Sequence record: SRR20825019_2740
Strand: one strand, 5' to 3'
Length of the DNA stretch: 49,578 bases
The notes beneath the pieces are model-generated. The model was not told where the DNA came from, ran no database searches, and worked only from the letters and a program-made list of their open reading frames with translations. Below are positions 18,429 to 27,453 of the stretch, one piece after another; the stretch's first letter is position 1, and each line of letters starts with the position of its first letter. Position numbers and translations under genes: made by a program.

Positions 18429-19550
18429 GTGATTAGAGCCGTTATCAGCGGGACCGGGTTGTACACACCGCCAGCAACCATTACCAACGAAGAACTGGTG
18501 GAGGCATTCAATGCCTTCGTCGAACTTCACAACGCACGTCATGCTGACGATATTGCCAGTGGCGATCTTGAGCCCCTGCAACCGTCTTCGTCCGCTTTTA
18601 TTGAAAAAGCGTCCGGCATCAAGCGTCGCCACGTGATTGACAAGCAGGGCATACTCGACCCTGAACGGATGTGCCCGAACATACCGGACCGACCCAACGA
18701 AGAAGCCTCGGTGCAATGCGAGATGGCGCTGGCAGCCTGCGAAGAGGCTCTCAAACAGGCCGGCAAGACTGCGGCCGATGTTGATGCGGTTATTGTCGCC
18801 TGCTCCAACATGCAGCGCCCATACCCGGCTATTTCCGTTGAGGTTCAGGACGCGTTGGGCATCGAGGGCTTTGCCTACGACATGAACGTGGCGTGCAGTT
18901 CCGCGACCTTTGGGCTGCAGGCGGCGGCAAACGCCGTAGAGAATGGCACGGCCAGGGCGGTGCTGGTGGTTAGTCCGGAAATCTGCTCCGGCCACCTGAA
19001 TTTCCGTGACCGGGACAGCCACTTCATTTTTGGCGATGCCTGCACCGCCATCCTGGTGGAAAGAGACGCCGATGTTGCGGAAGGGCAGGGTTTTGAGGTT
19101 CTTGGAACCAGCCTGCTGACCAAGTACTCCAATAACATTCGCAACAACTTTGGTTTCCTGAATCGGGGCGATAAAGAGGGCATTAACAAGCCGGACAAGC
19201 TGTTCGTGCAACAGGGGCGCAAGGTGTTCAAGGAAGTGTCGCCGTTGGTGGCGGAAACGATCCTCAAACAGCTGTCCAGCCTGTCGTTGTCGCCAGATGA
19301 CCTCAAGCGAATGTGGCTGCACCAGGCCAACCTGAATATGAACCAACTGATCGCCCGCAAGGTGTTGGGGCGCGACGCGGACACGAAAGAGGCGCCGGTC
19401 ATTCTGGATGAGTACGCCAACACCAGCTCCGCTGGCTCGATCATTGCGTTCCACAAACACAAGGACGACTTTGGCGCTGGTGAACTGGGCGTGATCTGTT
19501 CGTTTGGTGCAGGCTATTCCATCGGCAGCGTTGTGGTTCGCCGCCGATAG
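18429..19550 (+). CDS. Beta-ketoacyl-ACP synthase III, PA3286-like long form
   Basis: Catalytic Cys (NVACSS), His (WLHQAN), Asn (YANTSS); GHLNFRDRDSHFIFGD and SNNIRNNFGFLNR; C-terminal FGAGYS. Confidence 0.9.
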   Translation: MIRAVISGTGLYTPPATITNEELVEAFNAFVELHNARHADDIASGDLEPLQPSSSAFIEKASGIKRRHVIDKQGILDPERMCPNIPDRPNEEASVQCEMALAACEEALKQAGKTAADVDAVIVACSNMQRPYPAISVEVQDALGIEGFAYDMNVACSSATFGLQAAANAVENGTARAVLVVSPEICSGHLNFRDRDSHFIFGDACTAILVERDADVAEGQGFEVLGTSLLTKYSNNIRNNFGFLNRGDKEGINKPDKLFVQQGRKVFKEVSPLVAETILKQLSSLSLSPDDLKRMWLHQANLNMNQLIARKVLGRDADTKEAPVILDEYANTSSAGSIIAFHKHKDDFGAGELGVICSFGAGYSIGSVVVRRR

Positions 19551-19574
19551 GGTCTGGGGTGGCGATAGGCGGTC

Positions 19575-19982
19575 TTAACTGGCCGCCAACGCCCTGAGCT
19601 TGTCAGGCAGCGCCATCGACGTGCGTTTGGTGCGGTCAAACCAGACAACTTTCGCATAGCCTTCCGCGTAGAGTGTGCCGGTCTCGGTATCGGTCAGCGT
19701 ATGATAGGTATCGAGGCTGGTATTGCCGGCTTTGTCGGCGTATGTTCTGACCTCAACCGTTGCCGGATGGGCCAGTTCCTTCAGAAAGGTGGCGCTGGTC
19801 TTTATAATGACCGGACCGTCGGGGTCGTTTTCCGCGCCCAGCTCCAGGGACGCCAGCCAGGTGATGCGGGCTTCCTCGAAAAAGCGGAAATAAACCGTAT
19901 TGTTGGCATGGCCGTATGCGTCCATATCTCCCCAGCGCAAAGGCATGGAGAGTGTGCTAACCAGATTCCCGGGTACTGACAT
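19575..19982 (-). CDS. Acyl-CoA thioesterase (4HBT/YbgC hotdog family)
   Basis: RWGDMDAYGHANNTVYFRFFEEAR motif. Confidence 0.88.
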   Translation of the reverse strand: MSVPGNLVSTLSMPLRWGDMDAYGHANNTVYFRFFEEARITWLASLELGAENDPDGPVIIKTSATFLKELAHPATVEVRTYADKAGNTSLDTYHTLTDTETGTLYAEGYAKVVWFDRTKRTSMALPDKLRALAAS

Positions 19983-20077
19983 CGGGGCTACTCCTGAAGC
20001 AAGGGGTTAATAATAAAAAAGCAGAGCGCCGGTATTTTCGACGAACAGTAACAGTTTTAACAACCTCAGGTCTGACG

Positions 20078-20869
20078 ATGAGAGACATTTTTTTCCGGCA
20101 CCCAGCAATCGGCGCCCTGATTTTTATCTGCCTGTTTTCAGGCAATGCGGTCGCGCAAACCGTGCAGCCAGTCGATCCTGACATGGCAGAACGAAAGCTT
20201 GATGCCCCTCCGAGCGAGGTCGATCCCTATGAGGACTGGAACCGGAAGGTCTATGGCTTCAACGAAACCATCGACAACTGGTTCCTCCGCCCTGTTGCGA
20301 AAGGGTACCGCACTGTCATGCCAGGCTTTGCGGACCGTGCTGTCACCAATTTCTTCAACAACCTGACTGAAATACGTAACTTCGCCAACAGTATCTTCCA
20401 ATTGAAGGGAGAGTCTGCCGTCGTGGCGGCGGGTAGGTTTACCTACAATACGGTTTTTGGTCTGGGCGGGTTGATTGATGTGGCTACCATGTTCGATTTG
20501 CCTGAGCGTCCAGAAGACTTTGGCCAGACCTTGGGCTACTGGGGCACGGGCTCTGGACCTTACCTGATGCTGCCGTTTTTGGGGCCCTCGAATCCCCGGG
20601 ACTTTGGTGGGTTTGTATCCGACAACCTGTTGTTGCCCTCAGCCTGGGACCTGTCTGAAACGCCGGATGTCTATTATGCGAGGGCGCTTCAGATTGTTGA
20701 CAAGCGTGCCGATCTGATCCCTGCGGAAGGGTTCATCTCAGGTGACGGCTATACGTTCGTGAGAAACGCGTACCTGCAACGGCGGGCTTACCTGATCAAT
20801 GATGGCAGAACCGTAGATGATCCATTTGCCAGCGATGACGATGAGGATTTGATGCTCGAGGATTTCTGA
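20078..20869 (+). CDS. mlaA: MlaA/VacJ family outer-membrane lipid asymmetry protein
   Basis: DPYEDWNRKVYGFN, EDFGQTLGYWG, GPYLMLPFLGPS, YTFVRNAYLQRR; no clear lipobox. Confidence 0.85.
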   Translation: MRDIFFRHPAIGALIFICLFSGNAVAQTVQPVDPDMAERKLDAPPSEVDPYEDWNRKVYGFNETIDNWFLRPVAKGYRTVMPGFADRAVTNFFNNLTEIRNFANSIFQLKGESAVVAAGRFTYNTVFGLGGLIDVATMFDLPERPEDFGQTLGYWGTGSGPYLMLPFLGPSNPRDFGGFVSDNLLLPSAWDLSETPDVYYARALQIVDKRADLIPAEGFISGDGYTFVRNAYLQRRAYLINDGRTVDDPFASDDDEDLMLEDF

Positions 20870-20905
20870 CGCATCGAATCGGCTGGAACAACGGAGGTTT
20901 ACCAG

Positions 20906-22393
20906 ATGGTTGATGACCGTATCCGGAAATTCCGCAAGATGCTGGCGGAGGCGCCCAATTACGAAGTCTGGAAGGCTGCGGCGCTGGAGCTGGATTTCCT
21001 TGAGGGTAATGTGGAGTGGAAAGAGGAGTTTGGCTCCGATCTTTACCATTACGAGCTCATCTACGACCGGCTCAGCAACCTCCGCACCTACCGGCATCAG
21101 AATGATTTCGAGCGCCTGAAGCGTGCATTGAGAGAAGGGCTTCATCACGACCTGGGCAATATGGGCAATACGGCCCTGTATACCCGCTCCCGGGTTGGCA
21201 CCAAGCATCTGATCGAGGAGTACATCACCCAGGTGTGCGAATCGCTGGATTTCCTGTGCGACACCAAGGTGCCGGGATTCCCAGTGGCCGAGAAGCTGCA
21301 GTTCTTCCGCGATACCCTGACCAGTTATGGCCGCCCGGCTTTGCTGCTCAGCGGCGGTGCCACGCTGGGCATGTTCCATTTCGGCGTTATAAAGGCACTC
21401 TGGGAAAAAGGGTTGTTGCCGCAGGTCATTGCCGGCTCCAGCATCGGCGCCATTATCGCTGGCATACTGGGTGTCCACAGCGATGCGGAAATACCGGACA
21501 TGCTGGTGCCTGAAAACCACGACATGAGGGCCTGGAAATGGCGAGGGCTGTTCAGTGCCATCCGGGGTGACGGCCTGATGGATCAGGAGCAGTTAAAGGC
21601 GTGCCTGCGTGCCAATATCGGGGAATACACCTTTGAGGAGGCGTTCCAGAAGACCGGGCGTTCCATCAACGTCAGTGTGTCACCGGTCCAGACCCACCAG
21701 AAAGCCCGTTTGTTGTGTGGCTACACGTCACCCTATCTGTTGGTTTGGAGTGCCGTGCTGGCCAGCGCGGCAGTGCCGGGCATCTTCCCGCCGGTACCGC
21801 TGATGAAGAAGGACATTCAGGGCAACGTGCTGCCCTACATGTCGCGGCTGAAGTTCGTGGACGGGTCGGTGGTCAGCGACTTGCCCATCGAACGGCTGAT
21901 GCACCTTTACGACGTGAACTTCACCATTGTCAGCCAGACCAACCCCCATGTGGTGCCTTTTCTGAACCGGCGAGGCCGGGATGAAAAGATCAATGTCGCC
22001 AATCTGCCGATGCACCTGCTGAAATCGGAAATCCAGTTCCATGGCCAGGGCCTGTTCGATTATCTGCGAAAACGCGTTCAGCCGGAAATGCTTCGGCAGG
22101 TAGCGGGCCAGATGTACACCATTATGGGGCAGCGCTATTCCGGGGATGTCACCATCTCGCCGACGTATCGTCTTCGTGACTACCGTCGCATGTTATCCAA
22201 CCCCGATCCGGCATGGGTCCGGGAGATGATATTGCAGGGCGAGCGTGCGACCTGGCCCAAGATTTCGATGATTCGCTCCCACGCCAGAATCTCCAAGACC
22301 CTGGAGCGATGCATTCGCCGCTTGAAATCCGAACAGCGCCGCTCCACAGCCGAACTGAGACTGGTAAGCAATGCGGATTCCGGCACTTCATGA
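20906..22393 (+). CDS. DUF3336 + patatin domain lipase (triacylglycerol lipase-like)
   Basis: N-terminal YEVWKAAALELD...GTKHLIEEYI; oxyanion LSGGATLG, nucleophile GSSIG, catalytic DGS, SQTNPHVVPF. Confidence 0.88.
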   Translation: MVDDRIRKFRKMLAEAPNYEVWKAAALELDFLEGNVEWKEEFGSDLYHYELIYDRLSNLRTYRHQNDFERLKRALREGLHHDLGNMGNTALYTRSRVGTKHLIEEYITQVCESLDFLCDTKVPGFPVAEKLQFFRDTLTSYGRPALLLSGGATLGMFHFGVIKALWEKGLLPQVIAGSSIGAIIAGILGVHSDAEIPDMLVPENHDMRAWKWRGLFSAIRGDGLMDQEQLKACLRANIGEYTFEEAFQKTGRSINVSVSPVQTHQKARLLCGYTSPYLLVWSAVLASAAVPGIFPPVPLMKKDIQGNVLPYMSRLKFVDGSVVSDLPIERLMHLYDVNFTIVSQTNPHVVPFLNRRGRDEKINVANLPMHLLKSEIQFHGQGLFDYLRKRVQPEMLRQVAGQMYTIMGQRYSGDVTISPTYRLRDYRRMLSNPDPAWVREMILQGERATWPKISMIRSHARISKTLERCIRRLKSEQRRSTAELRLVSNADSGTS

Positions 22394-22491
22394 GATGACA
22401 GCCCCGGGAGCCGGGCGGTATGATACCGCGATAGCCGGGGAGCCCGATGGCGGCTCCCGCAAGCTCCGCCTGAGCACCTGACTGGACACGC

Positions 22492-24204
22492 ATGTACTAC
22501 GATTTCTTCGGTTTTCGGGAGCCCCCGTTTTCGATAGCCCCGGACCCCCGCTATCTGTATCTGAGCGAACGCCATAAAGAAGCGCTGGCGCATCTGATGT
22601 ATGGCGTGCAGGGGCAGGGCGGTTTTATCGTGATCACTGGAGAAGTCGGCACGGGCAAGACCACTGTCAGCCGCTGTTTCATCGAGAATGTGCCGGATCA
22701 TGTAGACATTGCACTGATCCTCAATCCCAGGTTGTCTGCCCGTGAGCTGTTGTCATCCATCTGCGATGAGCTTGAGATTGCCCATCCGGTCGGATCATCC
22801 ATCAAGGAACTGGTGGGACTGATCAATGATGACCTGCTCAAGGCCCATGCAGCGGGCCGCCATAAGGTTCTGATGATTGATGAAGCCCAGAACCTGTCCG
22901 CCGAAGTGCTTGAACAGCTCCGATTGCTGACCAATCTCGAAACCGCTGAGAAAAAACTGCTGCAGATTGTGTTGCTGGGACAACCTGAACTGCAGGAGAT
23001 TCTGGGGCTACCAGAGCTCCGCCAGTTAAATCAGCGGGTAACGGCCCGTTATCACCTCGACGCCCTGGGTCGAGCAGAGATAGAGGCTTACCTGCGTTAC
23101 CGGCTCAGCGTGGCAGGCCTCCGGGGCGAGATCTTTACTGATCGCGCGATCCGGGCTTTGTACCGCGCCAGCCATGGTGTACCGAGACTGATTAACCTGA
23201 TCAGTGACCGTGCATTGCTGGGCGCCTACGCCGAAGGCGAGCACCAGATCACTGCTCCCCATATCCGTAACGCTGCCCGGGAAGTGAACGGCCAGAATCT
23301 GCCCAGGCGCGCTGGGCCGTCTCGAAAGTCCCATGCGCTGATGTTGGCTGCAGCCCTGCTGATGGCCATCATCATGACCACGTGGCTGTTCATAGGGCTT
23401 CCGGGGAGCGGTGGACCCGAGCCCGATGCTGTCGCCGAAAATCAGGGAAGGTCCCTTACTGGCGCCATCGAACGGGTCGAGCTGGATATGCCTGTTGTCG
23501 AGTTGTCGGAAAAGCTTCCCGAAGCCAGTGAGCAGACCAGTGACTCACGCGAGGAGGAACCACTGCCCGAATTTGAGTTCCCGGACCAGACCATCTCTTT
23601 GCCAGTGGCTTTTCGCGAGCTGTTTGAACTATGGGGGTTGGAATACCGCGCCTCGGAAAGCCCAGTGGCGTGTGAGTTTGCCGAGGGGCAGGGACTGCGT
23701 TGCCTGCAGAACAAGGGCGCACGCCGAAGCCTGGAGTTTCTGGACCGGCCGGCGATACTTCAGCTTCGCAACGGCAATGGGGACAGTCACTATGCGGTCC
23801 TGAGCGGCCTCCAGGATAATCGCGCCACTATCGAACTCCCGAGTGGTCGCCGGGAGGTCACCTTCTCCAGCCTGGAGCCCTATTGGTTTGGCGAATTTAC
23901 CGTACTTTGGGAAGCGCCCGGCTACATTTTGGGCGATGCGTCCGGTAGTGCTCAGGGTAATGAAAGGGTGGCCGAGCAGATCTGGATGGGCTCAAGAATG
24001 ATGGAGCTCGCCAGCCGATACGCCGAAAGCCGGCAGGAAGAGAGCCGCGTCAACCGTATGCCGATCGAAGAGCAGGTCCGCTGGTACCAGCAGCAAAGAG
24101 GCCTGACGGTCGATGGCATTGCCGGTGCCATGACCATCATCCAGATGAATAACGACCTGGAATCCGCCGTGCCCCGGCTGACGTCCGGAAGGATGGTGAA
24201 CTGA
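22492..24204 (+). CDS. exeA: ExeA/GspA family ATPase with C-terminal peptidoglycan-binding domain
   Basis: PFSIAPDPRYLY, GEVGTGKT, IDEAQ, GVPRLIN, a TM segment, and YQQQRGLTVDGIAG. Confidence 0.9.
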   Translation: MYYDFFGFREPPFSIAPDPRYLYLSERHKEALAHLMYGVQGQGGFIVITGEVGTGKTTVSRCFIENVPDHVDIALILNPRLSARELLSSICDELEIAHPVGSSIKELVGLINDDLLKAHAAGRHKVLMIDEAQNLSAEVLEQLRLLTNLETAEKKLLQIVLLGQPELQEILGLPELRQLNQRVTARYHLDALGRAEIEAYLRYRLSVAGLRGEIFTDRAIRALYRASHGVPRLINLISDRALLGAYAEGEHQITAPHIRNAAREVNGQNLPRRAGPSRKSHALMLAAALLMAIIMTTWLFIGLPGSGGPEPDAVAENQGRSLTGAIERVELDMPVVELSEKLPEASEQTSDSREEEPLPEFEFPDQTISLPVAFRELFELWGLEYRASESPVACEFAEGQGLRCLQNKGARRSLEFLDRPAILQLRNGNGDSHYAVLSGLQDNRATIELPSGRREVTFSSLEPYWFGEFTVLWEAPGYILGDASGSAQGNERVAEQIWMGSRMMELASRYAESRQEESRVNRMPIEEQVRWYQQQRGLTVDGIAGAMTIIQMNNDLESAVPRLTSGRMVN

Positions 24205-24205
24205 C

Positions 24206-24973
24206 ATGTCCTATATCCTTGATGCTCTCCGCAAATCCGAAACTGAAAGACGGCAGGGTCGGATTCCGGACCTTGGCCAGCAGGTACAGCTGATCCACAA
24301 ACCACGGAAAAAATCGATTCCGATTCTGGTGTGGGTTGCGTTGGGGCTGGTGCTCAACGCGGCTGTATTGGCCTGGATCTTTTGGCCCCAGGGGCGTCAG
24401 GCTTCCCTGACGGATCAGACAATCCCGTCGGCTGGCGTGGCTGCGCCCGCACCCACACCCACCGTTGAACCGGTTATAGTTGATGACAAGCCGGAACCTG
24501 CGGGCCAGGTATCGACGCCCGAACGTGTACAATCGCCGCCGACTAGTGACACGCTCGAGGGTGCTATCGAGATTCCAACACCGGGAGCGAATACCGACTC
24601 TCCAGCGGATGCGGTAGCGGAAACCGGTGACGAGAATGAGCGGGAGCGACCCACGGTGATTGTGCCCACGCCGCGAACGCCAAGTGCCGTCAATCCCAGC
24701 GAGCGGGACGGTGCCACCGCACAGACGGCGCCGCACCTTGTAGAGCTTCCACTTTCCTTCCAGAAAAGGGTGCCAGACCTGATTTTTAACAGCCATATCT
24801 ATGCGTCCGAGCCGTCGGCCCGCCGGGTCATGATCAATGACAACTACCTGCGCCCCGGAGAGTCGTTTTCCGGTATCACCGTCGAACGGATTACCGAGGA
24901 AGGCGTGGAGCTGAGCATGGATGGCCGTCGCTTCCGGGTGGGTGTGGTTCGCAACTGGGTGAGCCCCGACTGA
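24206..24973 (+). CDS. exeB: ExeB/GspB family protein
   Basis: MSYILDALRKSETER N-terminus, TM, C-terminal FNSHIYASEPSARRVMIND domain. Confidence 0.88.
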   Translation: MSYILDALRKSETERRQGRIPDLGQQVQLIHKPRKKSIPILVWVALGLVLNAAVLAWIFWPQGRQASLTDQTIPSAGVAAPAPTPTVEPVIVDDKPEPAGQVSTPERVQSPPTSDTLEGAIEIPTPGANTDSPADAVAETGDENERERPTVIVPTPRTPSAVNPSERDGATAQTAPHLVELPLSFQKRVPDLIFNSHIYASEPSARRVMINDNYLRPGESFSGITVERITEEGVELSMDGRRFRVGVVRNWVSPD

Positions 24974-27162
24974 TGGCACTCACCGAGGACGTCAAACAGC
25001 AGATTCAGCAGACCTACCGTGACGTGTTGGCCGGCAAGGACATCCGCGCCCGTTACGGCCAGCGCCTGATGATCGCCGAGATCGCCCGCTACATGGGCGA
25101 GATCACCGAGAATGACGGCCAGCGCACGTCACCAGCCGGCACCTGCGTGGTAGAGGCGGGCACAGGCACGGGCAAGACCCTGGCTTATCTGATTGCCGCC
25201 ATTCCGGTGGCCCGTGCCCTTGGCAAGACACTGGTGATATCAACAGCGACCGTTGCCCTGCAGGATCAGATCGTCCACAAAGACCTTCCGGACCTGAAAA
25301 AGCACAGCAAACTGGATTTCACCTGGACCCTTGCCAAAGGTCGTGGCCGCTACTTGTGTATGTCTCGTCTCGAAGCTCGCCTGCATGACGAGGGTAACGG
25401 CGACAGCGATACCATGCCGCTGTTCCTGCTGGATGGGCCCGGCAAGGAAGAACCCGGCACCCGGGCCTATTTTGAAGACATGCTGGCCAGTTACGGGTCC
25501 CGGAAGTGGGACGGTGATCGCGACCATTGGCCGGATCAGATACCCGATGACATCTGGCGCCAGGTCACCACCGACCATCGTCAGTGTACCAATCGCCACT
25601 GTAGCTATTTCGACAGCTGTGCCTTCTTCGACGCCCGAAAAGACCTCGATGATGCCGACATCGTGGTGGCCAACCACGATCTGGTGCTGGCGGACCTTGC
25701 CCTTGGCGGTGGTGCCATTCTGCCGGAGCCGGAAAATGCATTGTTTATCTTTGATGAGGCGCATCACCTGCCGGACAAGGCACTGAATCACTTTGCGGCG
25801 TCAGTGCCGCTGAATGCCACGCGGCAATGGCTCAAGCAGCTATCCCAGGCACTGGGAAAGATGCAGCCGTTCCTCACGCCCGGCACCCAGGCCGCGAAGA
25901 CCATCGACAGGATCAGTTCCGCCTCCCGTGAAGTGGATATCTGTCTGACGAAGGTGTACGACGAGGCCGAACAGAATACCGGTTGGGAGTTCAATGAGGA
26001 GCGACGCTCCGCCCAGTGGCGATACCCGGAGGGCGAATTGCCCGAGCTGCTTGCAGGCCTGGCGGTGGAAACCCGGGTGGCGACGGCCACCCTGGTTCGC
26101 CAGCTTGGTGTGATGGTGGACGAATTACAGACGGCCTTCGATGAACGCAAGGCCAGCGATGTCGACCGCGATACGGCGGAATCCTGGTATCCGGTGATTG
26201 GATCGTTCCACAGCCGTGCTGAGGACCAACTGCGGTTGTGGGTCGCGTGGTGTGATAATCCGGGCCAACCGGCCAGTGAGCCGGCAGAAGGTGAGGAATC
26301 AGCGCCTGAGCCTAAGAAGCGGTCCGGGCCACCGGCCGCCCGTTGGTCGGTGCGACAGCGCTGGGAACACGCGGAAGACATTACGCTCTACAGTAGCCCG
26401 GTGCTGGCGGATAATCTGCTTTATTCCAGGCTCTGGTCGCGGGCCTATGGCGCTGTGTTGACCAGTGCAACCCTGACCGCCCTTGGGCGCTTTGACCGGC
26501 TCAAGGCCAGAGCAGGCCTGCCCGAAGCCAGCCGCTTCGTGGTGGTGCCCAGTTCCTTCCGCTATGGCGAAATGGCAACCGTGGAAGTACCGGCCATGAC
26601 CGCCATGCCCACGGACGATAGCTTTACGGACCAGGTGGTATCGCGGCTACCGGCCTTGTGGGCCGGGGAGAAGGCGACCCTGGTGTTGTTTACCTCCAGG
26701 CGCCAGATGCAGTTGGTGCGGGATGCCCTGGCGCCGGAATACCCGGATCTGATCACCACTCAGGACGATATGGCCAAGGGCGAGGTCCTGCGCCGCCATT
26801 GCAGCCGTGTAGATGAGGGGCTGCCCAGCGTGTTGTTCGGTGTGGCAAGTTTTGCAGAGGGCATCGACCTGCCTGGCAAGTACCTGAGCCATGTGGTGAT
26901 TACCCGACTGCCGTTTTCGGTACCGGATGATCCCATCGAAGCCAGCCTGGCGGAATGGGTGACTCACCGCGGCGGTAACCCGTTCATGGAAATAACCGTA
27001 CCCGACGCCTCCATCAAACTGGTGCAGGCCGTTGGTCGCCTGCTACGGACCGAGTCGGACACCGGCCGCGTCACCATCCTTGATCGTCGCATCATCGCCC
27101 GTCGATACGGGCAGTTGTTGTTGGACGCCTTACCGCCTTTCCGGCGAATCATAGAGCCCTGA
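24973..27162 (+). CDS. dinG: ATP-dependent DNA helicase DinG (Fe-S)
   Basis: EAGTGTGKT, KGRGRYLC, C-x4-C-x5-C cluster ligands, DEAHH, EGIDLPG, QAVGRLLR; TGATG coupling to exeB. Confidence 0.92.
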   Translation: MALTEDVKQQIQQTYRDVLAGKDIRARYGQRLMIAEIARYMGEITENDGQRTSPAGTCVVEAGTGTGKTLAYLIAAIPVARALGKTLVISTATVALQDQIVHKDLPDLKKHSKLDFTWTLAKGRGRYLCMSRLEARLHDEGNGDSDTMPLFLLDGPGKEEPGTRAYFEDMLASYGSRKWDGDRDHWPDQIPDDIWRQVTTDHRQCTNRHCSYFDSCAFFDARKDLDDADIVVANHDLVLADLALGGGAILPEPENALFIFDEAHHLPDKALNHFAASVPLNATRQWLKQLSQALGKMQPFLTPGTQAAKTIDRISSASREVDICLTKVYDEAEQNTGWEFNEERRSAQWRYPEGELPELLAGLAVETRVATATLVRQLGVMVDELQTAFDERKASDVDRDTAESWYPVIGSFHSRAEDQLRLWVAWCDNPGQPASEPAEGEESAPEPKKRSGPPAARWSVRQRWEHAEDITLYSSPVLADNLLYSRLWSRAYGAVLTSATLTALGRFDRLKARAGLPEASRFVVVPSSFRYGEMATVEVPAMTAMPTDDSFTDQVVSRLPALWAGEKATLVLFTSRRQMQLVRDALAPEYPDLITTQDDMAKGEVLRRHCSRVDEGLPSVLFGVASFAEGIDLPGKYLSHVVITRLPFSVPDDPIEASLAEWVTHRGGNPFMEITVPDASIKLVQAVGRLLRTESDTGRVTILDRRIIARRYGQLLLDALPPFRRIIEP

Positions 27163-27178
27163 TCAATAGAGCCCTGAT
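27151..27178 (+). repeat. Direct repeat ATAGAGCCCTGAT x2 (15-bp period) spanning the dinG stop
   Basis: 27151-27163 and 27166-27178 are identical. Confidence 0.85.
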
Positions 27179-27191
27179 AAAAAGAGAGCCA

Positions 27192-27224
27192 TAAAAAAAG
27201 AGCCAACCCATGTGGGTGGCTCTT
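27192..27224 (-). terminator. Rho-independent terminator (minus strand)
   Basis: Minus strand AAGAGCCACCCACATGGGTTGGCTC followed by T7. Confidence 0.85.
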
Positions 27225-27325
27225 ATAGAGTGGGTCCTTATCGAACCCGGGCGTCGAAACAACGCGGAACAAGAAGTCTGAAGGCCTGAAGTTTCAGAAA
27301 TCTTACCGAGGTTTCCCTCAGCGTT
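27192..27325 (-). ncRNA. Candidate structured sRNA (~134 nt) downstream of the MalT-like regulator
   Basis: TACTAT -10 at 27337-27332; predicted +1 A at 27325; hairpins CUGAGG-GAAA-CCUCGG and GGGUUC-GAUAA-GGACCC; terminator; no AUG before the terminator. Confidence 0.55.
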
Positions 27326-27331
27326 GGGAGC

Positions 27332-27417
27332 ATAGTAAGGGAGGAGGGGGCGTATCCGGATCGTCCAAAGGGCGTAGTGGGCGTATAAAATTCGACAAAA
27401 GTGTGATGCGCGTCCCA
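27332..27417 (-). promoter_or_regulatory. Activator-type promoter: -10 TACTAT, GGGCGTA repeats with a palindrome near -43, CRP-like site near -84
   Basis: GGGCGTA at 27348-54, 27370-76 and 27379-85; CGTCC-AAA-GGGCG centred on 27368; TGTGA-N6-TCCCA at 27402-27417. Confidence 0.5.
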
Positions 27418-27453
27418 AAAGTTGCCCGAAAGACGGCTTCAGTGAGTCAAGAG

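Noticed and set aside
27338-27347. GGGAGGAGG resembling an E. coli MalT box or a Shine-Dalgarno sequence
   Set aside because: It falls in the -10/-35 spacer rather than near -38, and no plus-strand ORF follows; probably coincidental.
27240-27440. Possible c-di-GMP or other riboswitch
   Set aside because: No GEMM core motifs recognised, and the region is 3' of both flanking genes, so there is no gene to control in cis.
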